Source of the DNA: the human T2T-CHM13v2.0 reference genome, Homo sapiens
NCBI RefSeq assembly: GCF_009914755.1
Contig: NC_060942.1
Reading direction: 5' to 3' (one strand)
Length of the DNA stretch: 64,000 nucleotides
Of this stretch, positions 25,575 to 37,870 are shown piece after piece. Each line of letters begins with the position of its first letter. Position 1 is the first letter of the stretch. Under the pieces are notes generated by a model. That model saw only the letters and a program-made list of their open reading frames with translations. It ran no database searches and was not told the origin of the DNA. The position numbers and the translations under genes are program-made.

Positions 25575-28497
25575 TCAATCTTAGAAATGCTTTAGCTGTA
25601 TCACAGAAGCTTTGGTATGTTTTGTCTTGATTTTTATTCATTTCAAAAACATTTTTAATTTTTGTCTTAAATGCTTTATTGACTCAAAGATTGTTCAGGA
25701 ACATGTTTAATTTCCATGTATGTATATAGTTTCAAGAGTTCCTTTTGTATTGGTTTCTGGTTTTATTCTATTGTGGTTTGAAAACATACTTGATATTATT
25801 TAGATTTTTAAAAAATCTCTTGCGATTTGTTTTGTAGCCTAATATATGGTCTATCTTAGAGAATGTTGCTTGTGTTGATAAGAATGTATGTTGTACCATT
25901 GTTGTGTAGAATGTTTTGTTAGATCCATTTGGTTTAGAGTCCAATTTAAGTGCAGAGTTTCTATGTTGAGTTTCTGCCTTGATGATCTGTGAGTAGGGTG
26001 TTGTGAAATCTCAAACAATTATTGCATTGCTCTTAGTTATAGTAAATTTGTTTTATGAATCTGGGTGCTCCAAAGTTGGGTGCATATATATTTAAGATTA
26101 TTATATCTTCTTGTTGAATTGATTGTTTTACCCTTATATATTGACCTTTATCTTTTTACATGGTTTTTGATTTAAAATCTGTTTTATCGGATACAAGAAT
26201 AGCTACTTCTGCTAGTTTTTTGTTTCTTTAAGCGTGGAATATCTTTTTCCACCCCTTGCTCTTCAGTCTTTAAGTGTCTTTATCAATAAAGTGACTATCT
26301 CGCAGCATATAGTTGGGTCATGTTTTTAAAAATCCATCTGCTAATCTTTATCTTTTAAGTGGAGCATTTGATTCATTCGCATTCAAGGTAAATATTGATA
26401 TGTGAGGTTTTGTTCTTTTCTTAATGTTAATTGTTATGTAGTTGTTTTACAGATTCTTTCATTTTTCTTATTTTTTCTGTGTTTGTCTTTTTAGTTTGGT
26501 GGAGTCCTGTTGTGTTGTCATTTTATTTATTTCTCTTTCTCCTTCGTGTAATTTTTTAATAAGACCCAAGAGTTTTATGCTTTCCTTGGTTTTTATAATG
26601 GAAAAAATCGACCTTTTGTTTCTTTTAGCACCAGAATTGTGGTGATGAATGCCTTTAGTGCTTTCTTGTCTGAGAAAGACTATCTATCTTTCACTTATGT
26701 AGCATATGCTGGCAGATTATAAAATTTTTAGTTAACAGAGTTTTTCTTTAGCAATCTGAAAATAGGATTCCAATCCCTTCTGGCCTGTAAGGTTTCTGCT
26801 GAGAAGTACATTGTTAGTTTCATGAGGTTTTCTTCATAGGTGTCAGGATGCTTTTTCTTGCTATTTTCAGAATTTTTTTTTTCATGGTAATTTTACACAG
26901 CCTAATATGTCATGGCAAAGGTCACCTTGCAATGTATTTTGCTGGAGTTTGTTGTGCCTCTTATACCTGGATGTTTACATCTCTTCCTAGTTTAGGGAAA
27001 TTTTCATTAATTATTTCCCTACATAGGTTTTCTAAATTTTTTGTTTCTTTTTTTCTCCCTCAGGAATACTGATTATTTATATGTTTTGTTGCTTTATGGA
27101 GTCTTATACTACAACAATGCTTTGTTCATTGTTTTTTATCCTTTTTGCTTTATTTTTGTCTCACCAAATTAATTAAAAAGACCTAGCTTCACATTCTGAG
27201 ATTGTCTCCTCTGCTTGGTATAATCTATTGTTAAAGTTTTCAGCTGTATTTTGTAATTCCTTCAAGACATTTTTCATTTCCAGAAGTTTTTTGATTTTTT
27301 TTTTTTTTTTATACTTACCTCCTTGGTAAAATTCTCATTTATATGCGGAGTTGATTTCCTGATTTCTTTGTATTGGTTATTGGTTTTCAGCTTTCTCTTG
27401 GATCTCATTGAGCTTCTTCAAAATCAATATTTTGAGTTATTTATCTGGCATTCCATAAATTTCATTTGCAACTCTATTGCTAAAGAATTATTATGTTCCT
27501 TTGTGGGTGTCATAACACTCTTCTTATTCATGCAAGTTGATATTATTATGTTGATTTATTTGCATCTTGAAAAACAGTCACTTCTTGTTTTTTGAATTTA
27601 CCTTCACTGGGGCATGACTTTTTTTTTTTTTTTAAGGATGTGTCTACAATATATGTTGAGTTGGGCCATTTGGATTTGCTTCTGAGTGCATTTAGGGGCA
27701 AACACTCTGTATGATTTCCTTAATTATAAGTAGCCATAGTGTGGTGGCTGTCTCAAATGCCGGTTGTAGTAGCAGTGTATTGGGCAGGCGAGCAGGCTCA
27801 TGGCTTCCTGGGTGGCCAGGGTGACATGGAAATGGTGGTAGCAGAAGTTGAGAGAAGCTTGTCTCCTTCCTGCATGCTGTGTATGCACTTGGGTCAGCAG
27901 ATGTTGTACTAGGTTGTACAAAACTACCTGTAGGCCAGTAGGTGGAGCTTACTGTGAGAGCCAGCTGTGGTGGTGGCAGTAGGATTTATGCTTGATCTTT
28001 GTTAACCAGGAGAAGTACTTAGGTCTCTTAGGGGATGGGTTAGGCCAAGGAATGCTCAAAAGTCTGGATCCCAAACTCTGCCTTTGAGGTATGGGAGTGG
28101 GAAAGCCATATGGGACTCAGCCAGGCAAGCCTGCACTCGGGCTCCTTAATGGCAGGCATGAGGGTCAGAAATTAGTTTTCAGGCCCGCATAGAAATGCCC
28201 TCATGAGGAGTGGAGCAACCGTTGCTGTGCCAAAGACCCAACATAGGGAGAGGTGCAGTTTCAACTCCACAGCCCAGCAAGCATCATTGGAACTTGCTTC
28301 AGACCCATCAGGGCTCCCCATCATGGCCCAGCCTTGGCAGTGAGTTATGACAGTTAGCCAAGTCACACTTAGTTTTCCTTCAGTCTGTGAAACTGCCCCA
28401 GGTCATAAAACTCATCACCCAGGCCAATATCACCCTTCCCAGGTAAATCTCCTCTCGCTCTGGTCCCAGGAAGGGGTGAGGGGTGTGCTCCAATCTA

Positions 28498-28682
28498 GCA
28501 TCTACAGCTGGGGCCCATGTCATACTTGTCTCACGCATCTACAGCTGGGGCCCATGTCATACTTGTCTCACGCATCTACAGCTGGGGCCCATGTCATACT
28601 TGTCTCACGCATCTACAGCTGGGGCCCATGTCATACTTGTCTCACGCATCTACAGCTGGGGCCCATGTCATACTTGTCTCAC
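28498..28682. repeat. Minisatellite/VNTR, 5 identical copies of a 37-bp unit
   Basis: Unit gcatctacagctggggcccatgtcatacttgtctcac starts at 28498, 28535, 28572, 28609 and 28646. Confidence 0.97.
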
Positions 28683-30642
28683 AGTTCTGGCTGTGGGGGC
28701 ACCTCTCTTATTCTAGACCAGGACACCAAATTCTGGCCAAAGACTCTCCAAACCAGTGACCGCTATGCTGCCAGCTGGCAGTTTCTTGCAGCCCTCTATG
28801 ATAAAGAATGGCTACCTTCTATTGGTGCCCAGGTCTGGGAGTGTGCACAGTCACCCAACTGCTCCCCAAGTCAAATGCATCCAAGGCTTGGTAGGCTCAT
28901 GTGGCTTGGATGCCTGCATCCTCAGTGGGAATGTGTATCATAGAGACACTCCTCCTCATCTCATGTACTGGGGATTCACTCGTGGTTTTCCACCAGACCC
29001 TGCTACGCAGGCTGTTACTCACCTTTTTTGTCCCCATATCCAAAGTTTTCTTTTACTTTTATGTTGAACTTTTGCGTTCCTTCTTGGATAGAAGTTCTCA
29101 GTGTGAATGTCTATGCACTATTCTGCTATTTCCAAGTAGGTTAGGCATCCTGGCAAAGCCTCTATTCTGTCATTTTGGAAACAAAACAAAACACAACAAA
29201 ATGCATGGCTTTTAATGCTGGATCATAGAAAGTAATACAGCTTTCATCTGCTTCTCTCTCTAGGGACACTTGCCCTTGGAACCTTGTCTTAAGGAAACCC
29301 AGATCGAATGCACAGACTACCTTGGTTGTTGTGGTTGACAGTTGCAGCTAAGATTCAAGCCTACAGCCAGTATCTAGACCAGATATATGAATGAATGAGC
29401 CTTTCTTGCCTCCAGCCTTGGTCTGTTCTACTGGATACTGAAGTGGGAGAAATAAGTTGTCCCCACTAAGGACTGCTCAAGTTACAGATTTATGAGCAAA
29501 GTAAATGTTGTCATGGATTTCAGTCACTAAATTTTGGGTGGTTCATTATGCAGCAATAGGTAACACAAACTATTAAAGTCTTTATTAGTATAACAAGCCC
29601 TAATTTAGAGCTAGTTGTTCTCTTTTATGTGGAAAAAAATATTAACCTTCTTTAACAGCTTTGTTTATTCACAGACACAATGGTTTTCAACTTTTGGAGT
29701 TTATAATTGTCTTTTCAATCCTAAGAATGTTGGTGGACACTTGAAGAAATTAAATAATTTTAAATCTTATCAAATATGTCAGCAAGAATTACTGCCCAGT
29801 TATCAGCAAATCACTATAATGTCCCATAGAATTTCTAGAAATGCACAGATACACTACTCGGTATCCCTTGAAACTGGTGTTTCTGTAGAACTGCTGACTA
29901 CTTTGATCTCTCATGGTTTAATATATAGATGGGTCAATGTCTTTGTGGCCCCATTCATTCATGACCTTCCTTGGTATCACTGCTGTTACTCTATCACTTG
30001 CAGCCAGGTAGACCCCACTTTGAACCAGGTGGCATAGTGTACTCAGCTTAATGTTCATTCTGACGGTAGTAGCAAAAGTAACTAAATCGTTGATCAAAAC
30101 TTGATGGCACAACTGGGATTTTATGCCACTTAACATTCACTACTCTGATGGAAAGTAACATTAACTCTTAACTCTTTGTGGACTGGAAAGATAGCTTACA
30201 GTGGTTGCTATACTAAGAACAACAAAATGAGGTAGGATGGAAAACTGGAGAAGAATTTGGGTGAAGGTGCACAATTTTAGAAAAGTTTACTGCTATAGAA
30301 AGGCTGTTGTTGGGTAATAAAAAGATGGATTCTTACAGAGACAGTTTCCTTAGGCTGAAGGAGACATCATTCCTATTTACTCTCTAAAGCAGGTTCTTTT
30401 CCAAGACATTGATTATTGCACATAAGGTGCAGTACAACTTGTCGCACTCCTTGAACATGCTTTTTTAACAAAAGCTACAAAGAGGCCCTGAGAAGAGCTC
30501 AGCCAAAATTAGGGAAACAAATGAAGGCAAGATTTTGTGATGAAGTTTACTTATATTCTCCTGGCTGCCTGAGGTAACCTTATGCATAACCTGAACTTTT
30601 CCAGGTGACATAAACAAAACTCATGACTGAGAAGCATTCTTT

Positions 30643-30698
30643 GCAACCAACAATGTGCCCTATTTGTTCTGTTTCAAATAGGGCACATTGTTGCTTGC
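30643..30698. repeat. Inverted repeat: 24-bp arms, 1 mismatch, 8-nt loop
   Basis: gcaaccaacaatgtgccctatttg / ttctgttt / caaatagggcacattgttgcttgc. Confidence 0.95.
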
Positions 30699-30754
30699 TT
30701 ATTTCATATATGTTTCTTAGGCACATATTGTGCTGCTAGGAGTTGGGCATGAGA

Positions 30755-30852
30755 AGATATAGATAGATAGGTAGGTAGGCAGATAGATAGATGGATAGAT
30801 TTAGGTATAGATATGTAAGAAGATATAAAGAAATGGATATAGATATATAGAC
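30755..30852. repeat. Degenerate (GATA/GGTA)n microsatellite
   Basis: agatagataggtaggtaggcagatagatagatggatagat... Confidence 0.75.
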
Positions 30853-31999
30853 TGATATAACATAATGCACACAAGCACACCACAACAGTTTTTTTCTTTA
30901 TGGTGCTCCCAGACTGTGTTGGGGGAGAAGCCCATAACTTTGCGAACCATGGTTTATTCCGTTATAGGCCCTCAATCCCATTTTCTAGCTCACTCCGTGA
31001 TTACACATGTTTGGTATAGCTCTACAATCCCTAGAAAGTGAAAAACAGGAGTTTCCAGTTTTTATATACATCACACTGAATGAAATGCTACTGAGAATGT
31101 CAAGAAATACGAATGTTCAAGATATACTAAAATTTTAAAAGTCACAGAGGGATATATATAAGAATTAAATAAATTAGGACATAGACATCTGTAAAGATTT
31201 CCATTGCCACTCCTATTGAGGATTAGGGAGAAGTTAAGAGGCTTCTATTTGATTTTAGTTTTCCCCTCACAGTCTTAAATGTTTGAGATACATGAAGAGA
31301 AAATATAAATAAAATTTAAGGGATATTGCAGAAAAGTAGAAAATAAGTAAGGATTTTTAGTGTTAACTTTTCTCCCAAAACCGAATTGAAGTTGCTTCAT
31401 AACTTTAAGAACTGTTAAATTTTGTAGGAGATAATATGGTGCAATCTTAATGTGCATATTTTCCTTTCAGACCTCTGTTTTCTATGGTATTGTAGACATT
31501 TGTATTTGTATGGTAAAGAAAATAGTATGTGCTTTTGTAACATATAGTTTTATATAGACTGTTTTGTAGTGAAGAACACAAAAGATGCAATTTATACAAT
31601 TTGATTTACTAATTTTATTACCAAGTTTAGCTTACTAAGTACAGAAGCAAATTTTACTCAGAAAATGTAAAATTTGCTAATTTAATTTACTTTAAAACAT
31701 GAGATTTTACTTCAAATATTATAAGCTACCTCCATTTATGGAATACTGGATTTCTTAGTTTTTTCTAGTTTCACAGTTAGATTAAAAACTTGAAAATAAG
31801 AAAAATCTAATAACATTTTTATAAGACAAAGAAAATGACTTTTTTTTTGGAGGGGAAGGCAAAAGGCTTTTTGGAGAGATTTTTGGATTTTGTTTTTCTT
31901 CTTACGTAGGTTTAACACATACTATTGTTAAACTGATTTTTTTTTTAAAAGTGTCTCTTTGGAAATGTAAATGTTTAAAATGTGTTTTCCCATGTGCTG

Positions 32000-33120
32000 T
32001 AAGAGTTATAAACACAGAAGGCAGGCATGGAATAGCCTGACTTGGATAGCGTGGGATAAGCTGTAAGTGAAGGTGATGCTCCAGGAAGAGTTAGCCGGAG
32101 TGAAAGGGCAGAGCATTCCAGAAGAACAATATGAGTAAAAACAAAGAGGAAAAAAAAGAGTGGTATGTGTCTGCCATAGCTAGTGATTCTAGTGGTTGTT
32201 TCTGGGGAGAGCAAAGGGTACTTAGGAAGAGAGCCTGGAGCTGCTGTTTTTCTGCTTTGCTAAGGAGTGGGTTTTGGGTGGAAGTCATGGGGCTCCTATG
32301 AAGGAAAAGAATAACATGGTCCATTTAATGAATATGTGGATAGACGTGTTTTTATGAGGTAGGTCATATAGGAACACAAATAGGTTTTTGGATGATGAAA
32401 AAAAGGAATTCGACTTTCTTTGTGTCAAATTTATGGATATATTTGTGGTGCTCAATTTTCTACAAGAAGGCTGAAGTTACGGCTGTGAGTCTCCAGAGAA
32501 GGTTCTGTGCTGGAAATAATTGCTTTGGGATTTATCAACATGTGCTGAAAATGATGTGTTAATAAACACCCTCCAGACAACATAAACAGTGAAATAATAA
32601 AGAAGACCAAAATATATTTTGAGAAAATGATGATTTTTCCTAGGCTTCATTCCAACATAATTCCATCACATTTTGTGTATTCACAAATGTGGAAAAGTTT
32701 CCAGTATGTGCATTTTTTTCATTTAACCAAGATCAATGAGGGTGTAAATTACATAATCACCTCAGGGGCAAAGATCTGTGTCTATTTTGCTCACTGCACC
32801 AGTACCAAGAAGAGTGCCTGGCACTTAGTAGGTTATCACTGAAAAACTACAACGTTTGAAAATTTAGAGGATTAATAAGGAAATGCATAAATTAGTGATA
32901 CTGGACAGTGTTTTACATGCAGGGGATACATTTTCTACCTTCAAGAAAGTCATAGTCTTGTTAGGAAGATACATCAATAAGCCATGATTATAAAATATTA
33001 TGATAAGCAGAGGGTACAGAGGAGAGTTTAGGCGGGAGGATAGCAGGTGACAAAGAATGAGAACATGCAAAATCACGTGTTTTCAGAGAACAGTATTTTT
33101 TTCATATGTCAGAACATGAT
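32000..33120. mobile_element. L2 fragments in mixed orientation
   Basis: gagcattccagaagaac-type antisense L2 at ~32100; sense 3' end agtgcctggcacttagtagg at ~32815. Confidence 0.55.
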
Positions 33121-33289
33121 GTGTTCCAAGTCCTAAGTCTGCAGTTTGTTTCTTGGAATCCTGCTAAATGCAGTAGCTAGTCTCATATTTCTGTCTTTGC
33201 AGTTTAGCTACAAAAGATTTGAAGTTGCATATTTTTTAAAAAATATATTTATTATTACAATAGAATTATTTATTTGAAGCTACCATTTA

Positions 33290-33620
33290 GAGTATCAATC
33301 AGGACTGCATTTACCAAAGACTGAAAAACAGTGGTTTAAACTAGATGAATGTTTTACCTTCGTCATAGAACAAGAAATCTCAGTGCTGGAGTCCAGAGTT
33401 AAGGCCCTGTTCAAGGAATCAGGCTGCTCTGTCCTCCTGCTGAAGCATCTTTAGAATGTAGCTACAAGATGGCTGTGTTGCCTCTAGGCATTGGTGAAAG
33501 TTCCAGGCAGAAAGAAAGGGAAAATTCCTCTTCTTTTTAACAGGAAAGTGAAGGAAGCTTCACCCAGTAGAATTCCACTTACATTTCTTTGTCCTAAACA
33601 AGGTTAAATGGCATAATTAT
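33290..33620 (-). mobile_element. MLT1 (K/L-like) LTR fragment
   Basis: aacagtggtttaaac...caagatggctgtgttgcctctaggcat. Confidence 0.55.
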
Positions 33621-33740
33621 GTCACTAAAAATAATCTTACTGAATATTTAAGGAGAAGTAAAGATTAGTTATAGTAGATTTCCTGTTGCAAGAATATGTC
33701 TGACTTGATCATTTAAAAACCTTCTTTAAAAAAGCACCTA

Positions 33741-34781
33741 CAGCAGTGGCAACAAAAGCAAAATTGAGAAATGGGATCTAATTAAACTAAAGAGCTTCTG
33801 CACAGCAAAAGAAACTATCATCAGAGTGAACAGGCAACCTACAGAATGGGAGAAAATTGTTGCAATCTATCCATCTGACAAAGGACTAATATCTAGAATC
33901 TACAAAGAACTTATACAAATTTACAAGAAAAAAAACAACCCCATCAAAAAGTGGGCAAAGGATATGAACAGACACTTCTCAAAAGAAGACATTTATGCAG
34001 TCAACAAACGTATGAAAAAAAGTTCATCATCACTGGTCATTAGAGAAATGCAAATCAAAACCACAATGAGATACCATCTCACACCAGTTAGAATGGCGAT
34101 CATTAAAAAGTCAGGAAACAACAGATGCTGGAGAGGATGTGGAGAAATAGGAATGCTTTTACGCTGTTGGTGGGAGTGTAAATTTGTTCAACCATTGTGG
34201 AAGACAGTGTGGTGATTCCTCAAAGATCTAGAACCAGAAATACCACTTGACCCAGCCATCCCATTACTGGGTATATACCCAAAGGATTGTAAATCATTCT
34301 ACTATAAAGACACATGCACGTGTATGTTTATTGTGGCACTGTTCACAATAGCAAAAACTTGGAACCAACCCAAATGCCCATCAATGATAGACTGGATAAA
34401 GAAAATGTGACACATATACACCACGGACTGCTATGCAGCCATAAAAAAGGATGAGTTCATGTTCTTTGCAGGGACATGGATGAAGCTGGAAACCGTCATT
34501 CTCAGCAAACTATCACAAGAACACAAAATCAAACACCACATATTCTCACTCATAAGTGGGAGTTTAACAATGAGAACACATGAACACAGGGAGGAGAACA
34601 TCACACACCAGGGCCTGTTGGGAGGTGGGGGGCTGGGGGAGGGATAGCATTAGGGTAAATACGTAATGTAGATGACAGGTTGATGGGTGCAGCAAACCAC
34701 CATGGCACGTGTATACCTGTGTAACAAACCCCTGTTCTGCACATGTATCCCAGAACTTAAAGTATGATTTAAAATTTTTTT
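33741..34781 (+). mobile_element. 5'-truncated L1PA (PA7-like)
   Basis: ORFs 33826-34215 and 34459-34647 match the ORF2 C-terminus; G-rich 3' UTR; exact 13-bp TSD aaaaaagcaccta at 33728-33740 and 34782-34794, at a TT/AAAA site. Confidence 0.93.
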
Positions 34782-35249
34782 AAAAAAGCACCTAGAAATT
34801 CTGTGAAAATCTAGTAACAAACAGTCTTCTACATACTAAGCTCCACTCTTGGGAAGAAAACACCTAGATGCTGAACATGAAGATGGATCCAGAAGTTGGA
34901 GCAACATGCTGCAATACTGATGCTCTGTGGGATGGGGCGAGGGTAGGGATAGGTACCAACATCATAATTTGGCAATTTGTGACTAAATGCACACGAGGAT
35001 AGGAGTTTGACTATTGATTGCCAACAGGCAAAGTGTGCAGATTTGAGAAACCCACATTAAAGTTGGACCTCCAAATGGTGGTGCTCTCAATTCAAGTTTG
35101 TTTAAAAATGTTCTTCATTTCAGAGGGAGATGGTAAAGGTTTTGTTTCCTTTTGATCTTTGCAAAAAAGTTTTCTCCTTCTTCTTAGCCTCACAGAAGTA
35201 CAAATTCACAAAAATTCTGGTTCCAAAAAACCAAAGCCAAAAAATTTAA

Positions 35250-37490
35250 TATAAAAATTAGTCTCTACATGGCGATACACCTGGGACCATGGGCAAAACA
35301 AAAGCAAATTGCTCTCCGGGCCACTTCCACAGCTCTGACCAATGTGGTTTCTCACAGCAAGAGAAGCCCAACCTAGGATGATCTCACAATGATAAAGTCA
35401 TATAGCACTTAAGGAAATGATACCCTTTGATTAGAAAAAAAATCTCAAGAATTTAAGGAAAAAACATGATACTACAAAGAAAGAATATAAAAGAAATATT
35501 TAAAAATAATTTCAGACCTAAAAGAAAGAGTGTTTATTCTCTGAAAAAGAAAAAAAAAGGTACTAAGAAAAATAAAGAGATTTGAAAAGATCTAAATGGA
35601 GATTCAGGTAAAGAAAAATATAGGTAATTAGATTAGACATAGATGAAGAATAAAGAAATAAGGAGGGGACAGGAAAAAATACATGAAATATTGCATACAG
35701 AGACGAAGAGGTAGAAAACACAAGCAAATCAGTGACATAAAGGATAAAATAAAAAGATCTATGTCTATGAAAAAATCTTAGAAGAAAGAATAAAGAGAAA
35801 GGGAAACAAAAGAATAAATAGAAGTAATTTCACAACTGGATACCTCCTGATGAAACTTTACAACAGCAAAGCAAGGAGAAAATCTTAAAACTAATCAGGA
35901 AAAAAACCCATATTACTTACAAGAAAATAGCTATATTTTCAGATAAAACTTAATAATAACCCTTCACAACAAAATATGAAGCTAGGGAAATAAGTAGAAT
36001 TGGAAAGTTTTCTAGGGCAGTAACTCTTCAGTAACAGAATAGTTCTGCAAATGGAAGCTCAATACAGAACTCTACCCTTGGGTCAAAAACCTATTATATT
36101 TTTCTGACTAGAAAAAATAATTATTCCAAGGAAGCCTCCTGAAAGATGTAATAATAATAAATGTTTATTTAATGTGCCATTTTATGTGTTTAGGAGAAAC
36201 AAATGGAGAGCTCTGTGCTCTGGCATTAGTTCAATTCCTTTGTGTTTTACATAAAAAGTATTATTTTATATCCTAAACAATATTATAATTGATGGAAATT
36301 TATGTTTAAAAACTAATGTAGTCAAGCCTCTATCCATGTAGAGAGCAGTAGCACTACAAAATCCTCCAAATATTATCAGTGAATCATAAATTTATACTTA
36401 AAATCTTATCAGGTTTAAAGTCCTTATAAATAATCTCTTGTACACTGGACCTTTTGCTACTAGTTTTGAATCAACAGTAGTGCTCTACAAGGACAATTCA
36501 AAGTTCTTATCTTCTAGAACTGAAAAATATTTTGCATACATATCTTGTACATATTAGATGTGTTCTAATGCTTAATACTTATTTTAAAAATCTATGAGTC
36601 CATAATGATTCTAAAATGCAGTGGGGGAAGCTCTTCTTTACAGAAGAATGACAACTAATAAACATAGAAGCAATTTTATAACTAGAAAAGTCACTGTTTT
36701 GCAACCAGTGTTGTAATAACTGATTCAGGCAAGAATAATAATTTGATGCTGAAACCAGTAGGTGACAAGCTGTTGGAGAATAGGATACATCTGATTTCAA
36801 AGTGTCACTTCCTAGATTATTTATTAATTAGAAGAGAAACAGGAAAGCCTCCATATGATGTAATCTGGTAGACATACCAACAGATCCCACTTAACATGAC
36901 AGAAGGTGACATCATGGCCTCGTGCCTTGCTGCACTGAAAGAACACAGCACCATTGATCACAGTATCTTGCTGAGAAGTTGAACCTGAGTCTAGGACTGA
37001 GGGAACAATCAGACAAATTCAAATTAAGAGACAATCAGGAGACAATTGACCTTGACTCTTCAAATCAATATCGTGAAAGAAAAGAAAAAATGGCTGGGGA
37101 TTTTTCTGAGTGAAGATAGTCAACAGAAACATGACAACAAAATGCAAATAATGCTTCTTGTTTGGGTCCTGGATCAAAATGAAAACACAAATAAAACTGC
37201 TTTAAAGAACATTATTAGGACAGTTGGGGAAATGTGAGTACAACCTATACATTACATAGTAGGAGTACCAATGTTAAATTTCTTGAATGTAATCTTTATA
37301 CTGAGGATATGTGGGAGAACATCCTTGTTTTAGGACATTCATGCAGATGTATTGAAACATAAAGAGGGAAAGATCCAGCTTGTGTGGCAAGAAGGGAGCA
37401 GTTGGTGACTCATGGTGGATGTATGCTGTTCATTGTACTCTTCTGGAAAGTTTATGTTTGAACTTTCTCAAAGTAAAAAATTGGGAGAAA
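35250..37490 (+). mobile_element. Old L1M fragments (ORF1-like A-rich region ~35250-36000; L1MC-like 3' UTR ~36540-37490)
   Basis: A-rich degenerate ORF1-like sequence; ataactgattcaggcaagaat and accaatgttaaatttcttga resemble L1MC 3' UTR motifs. Confidence 0.55.
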
Positions 37491-37614
37491 GGTAATTTTC
37501 TGAGTAAATATATTATTCATTATGCTTTAATATCATAATCTTAATTTTTGTAAACATTTTCAGAAGACAGACACTACCACTGACCCATGGCCTATGAAAT
37601 TTCATCTATGTTCT

Positions 37615-37870
37615 ATGGTAATAATAATTATTATGCTTATAACTGATCACTAAACTATGCCATATACCATGCTAAACACTTCAAAACATATTATCTCATT
37701 TGCCTCTTATGGAAACAATATTGTGATTATTTCTACATTTCACACAAGTAACTTAGAGTTTAGTGAGATAATGTTAACCTGTCCACAAGGCAGAATTAAC
37801 ATTTGCATACATCAGTTTATTTCCTGAGTCCCAGTTCTTGCTTGTACAGCCTGCCTTGAAAATTTTTGCG
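37615..37870 (-). mobile_element. MIR
   Basis: tatgccatataccatgctaaacacttc...atctcatttgcctctt...cttagagtttagtgagata resembles the MIR core. Confidence 0.55.

Noticed and set aside
28498-28682. CRISPR-like array (37-bp repeats)
   Set aside because: Repeats are head-to-tail with no spacers, there are no cas genes, and the context is eukaryotic
28347-28943. 198-aa ORF with repeated peptide, plus overlapping ORFs in other frames
   Set aside because: Produced by the stop-free 37-bp VNTR cycling through frames in an antisense L1 5' UTR; no sign of a real protein
29615-30037. 140-aa ORF in non-repeat DNA
   Set aside because: TTG start, no recognisable domain or convincing splice boundaries; length compatible with chance
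34618-34643. G-quadruplex-like tract
   Set aside because: Standard G-rich segment of the L1PA 3' UTR
33826-34647. ORFs resembling L1 ORF2 C-terminus
   Set aside because: 5'-truncated L1PA with in-frame stops; not a gene
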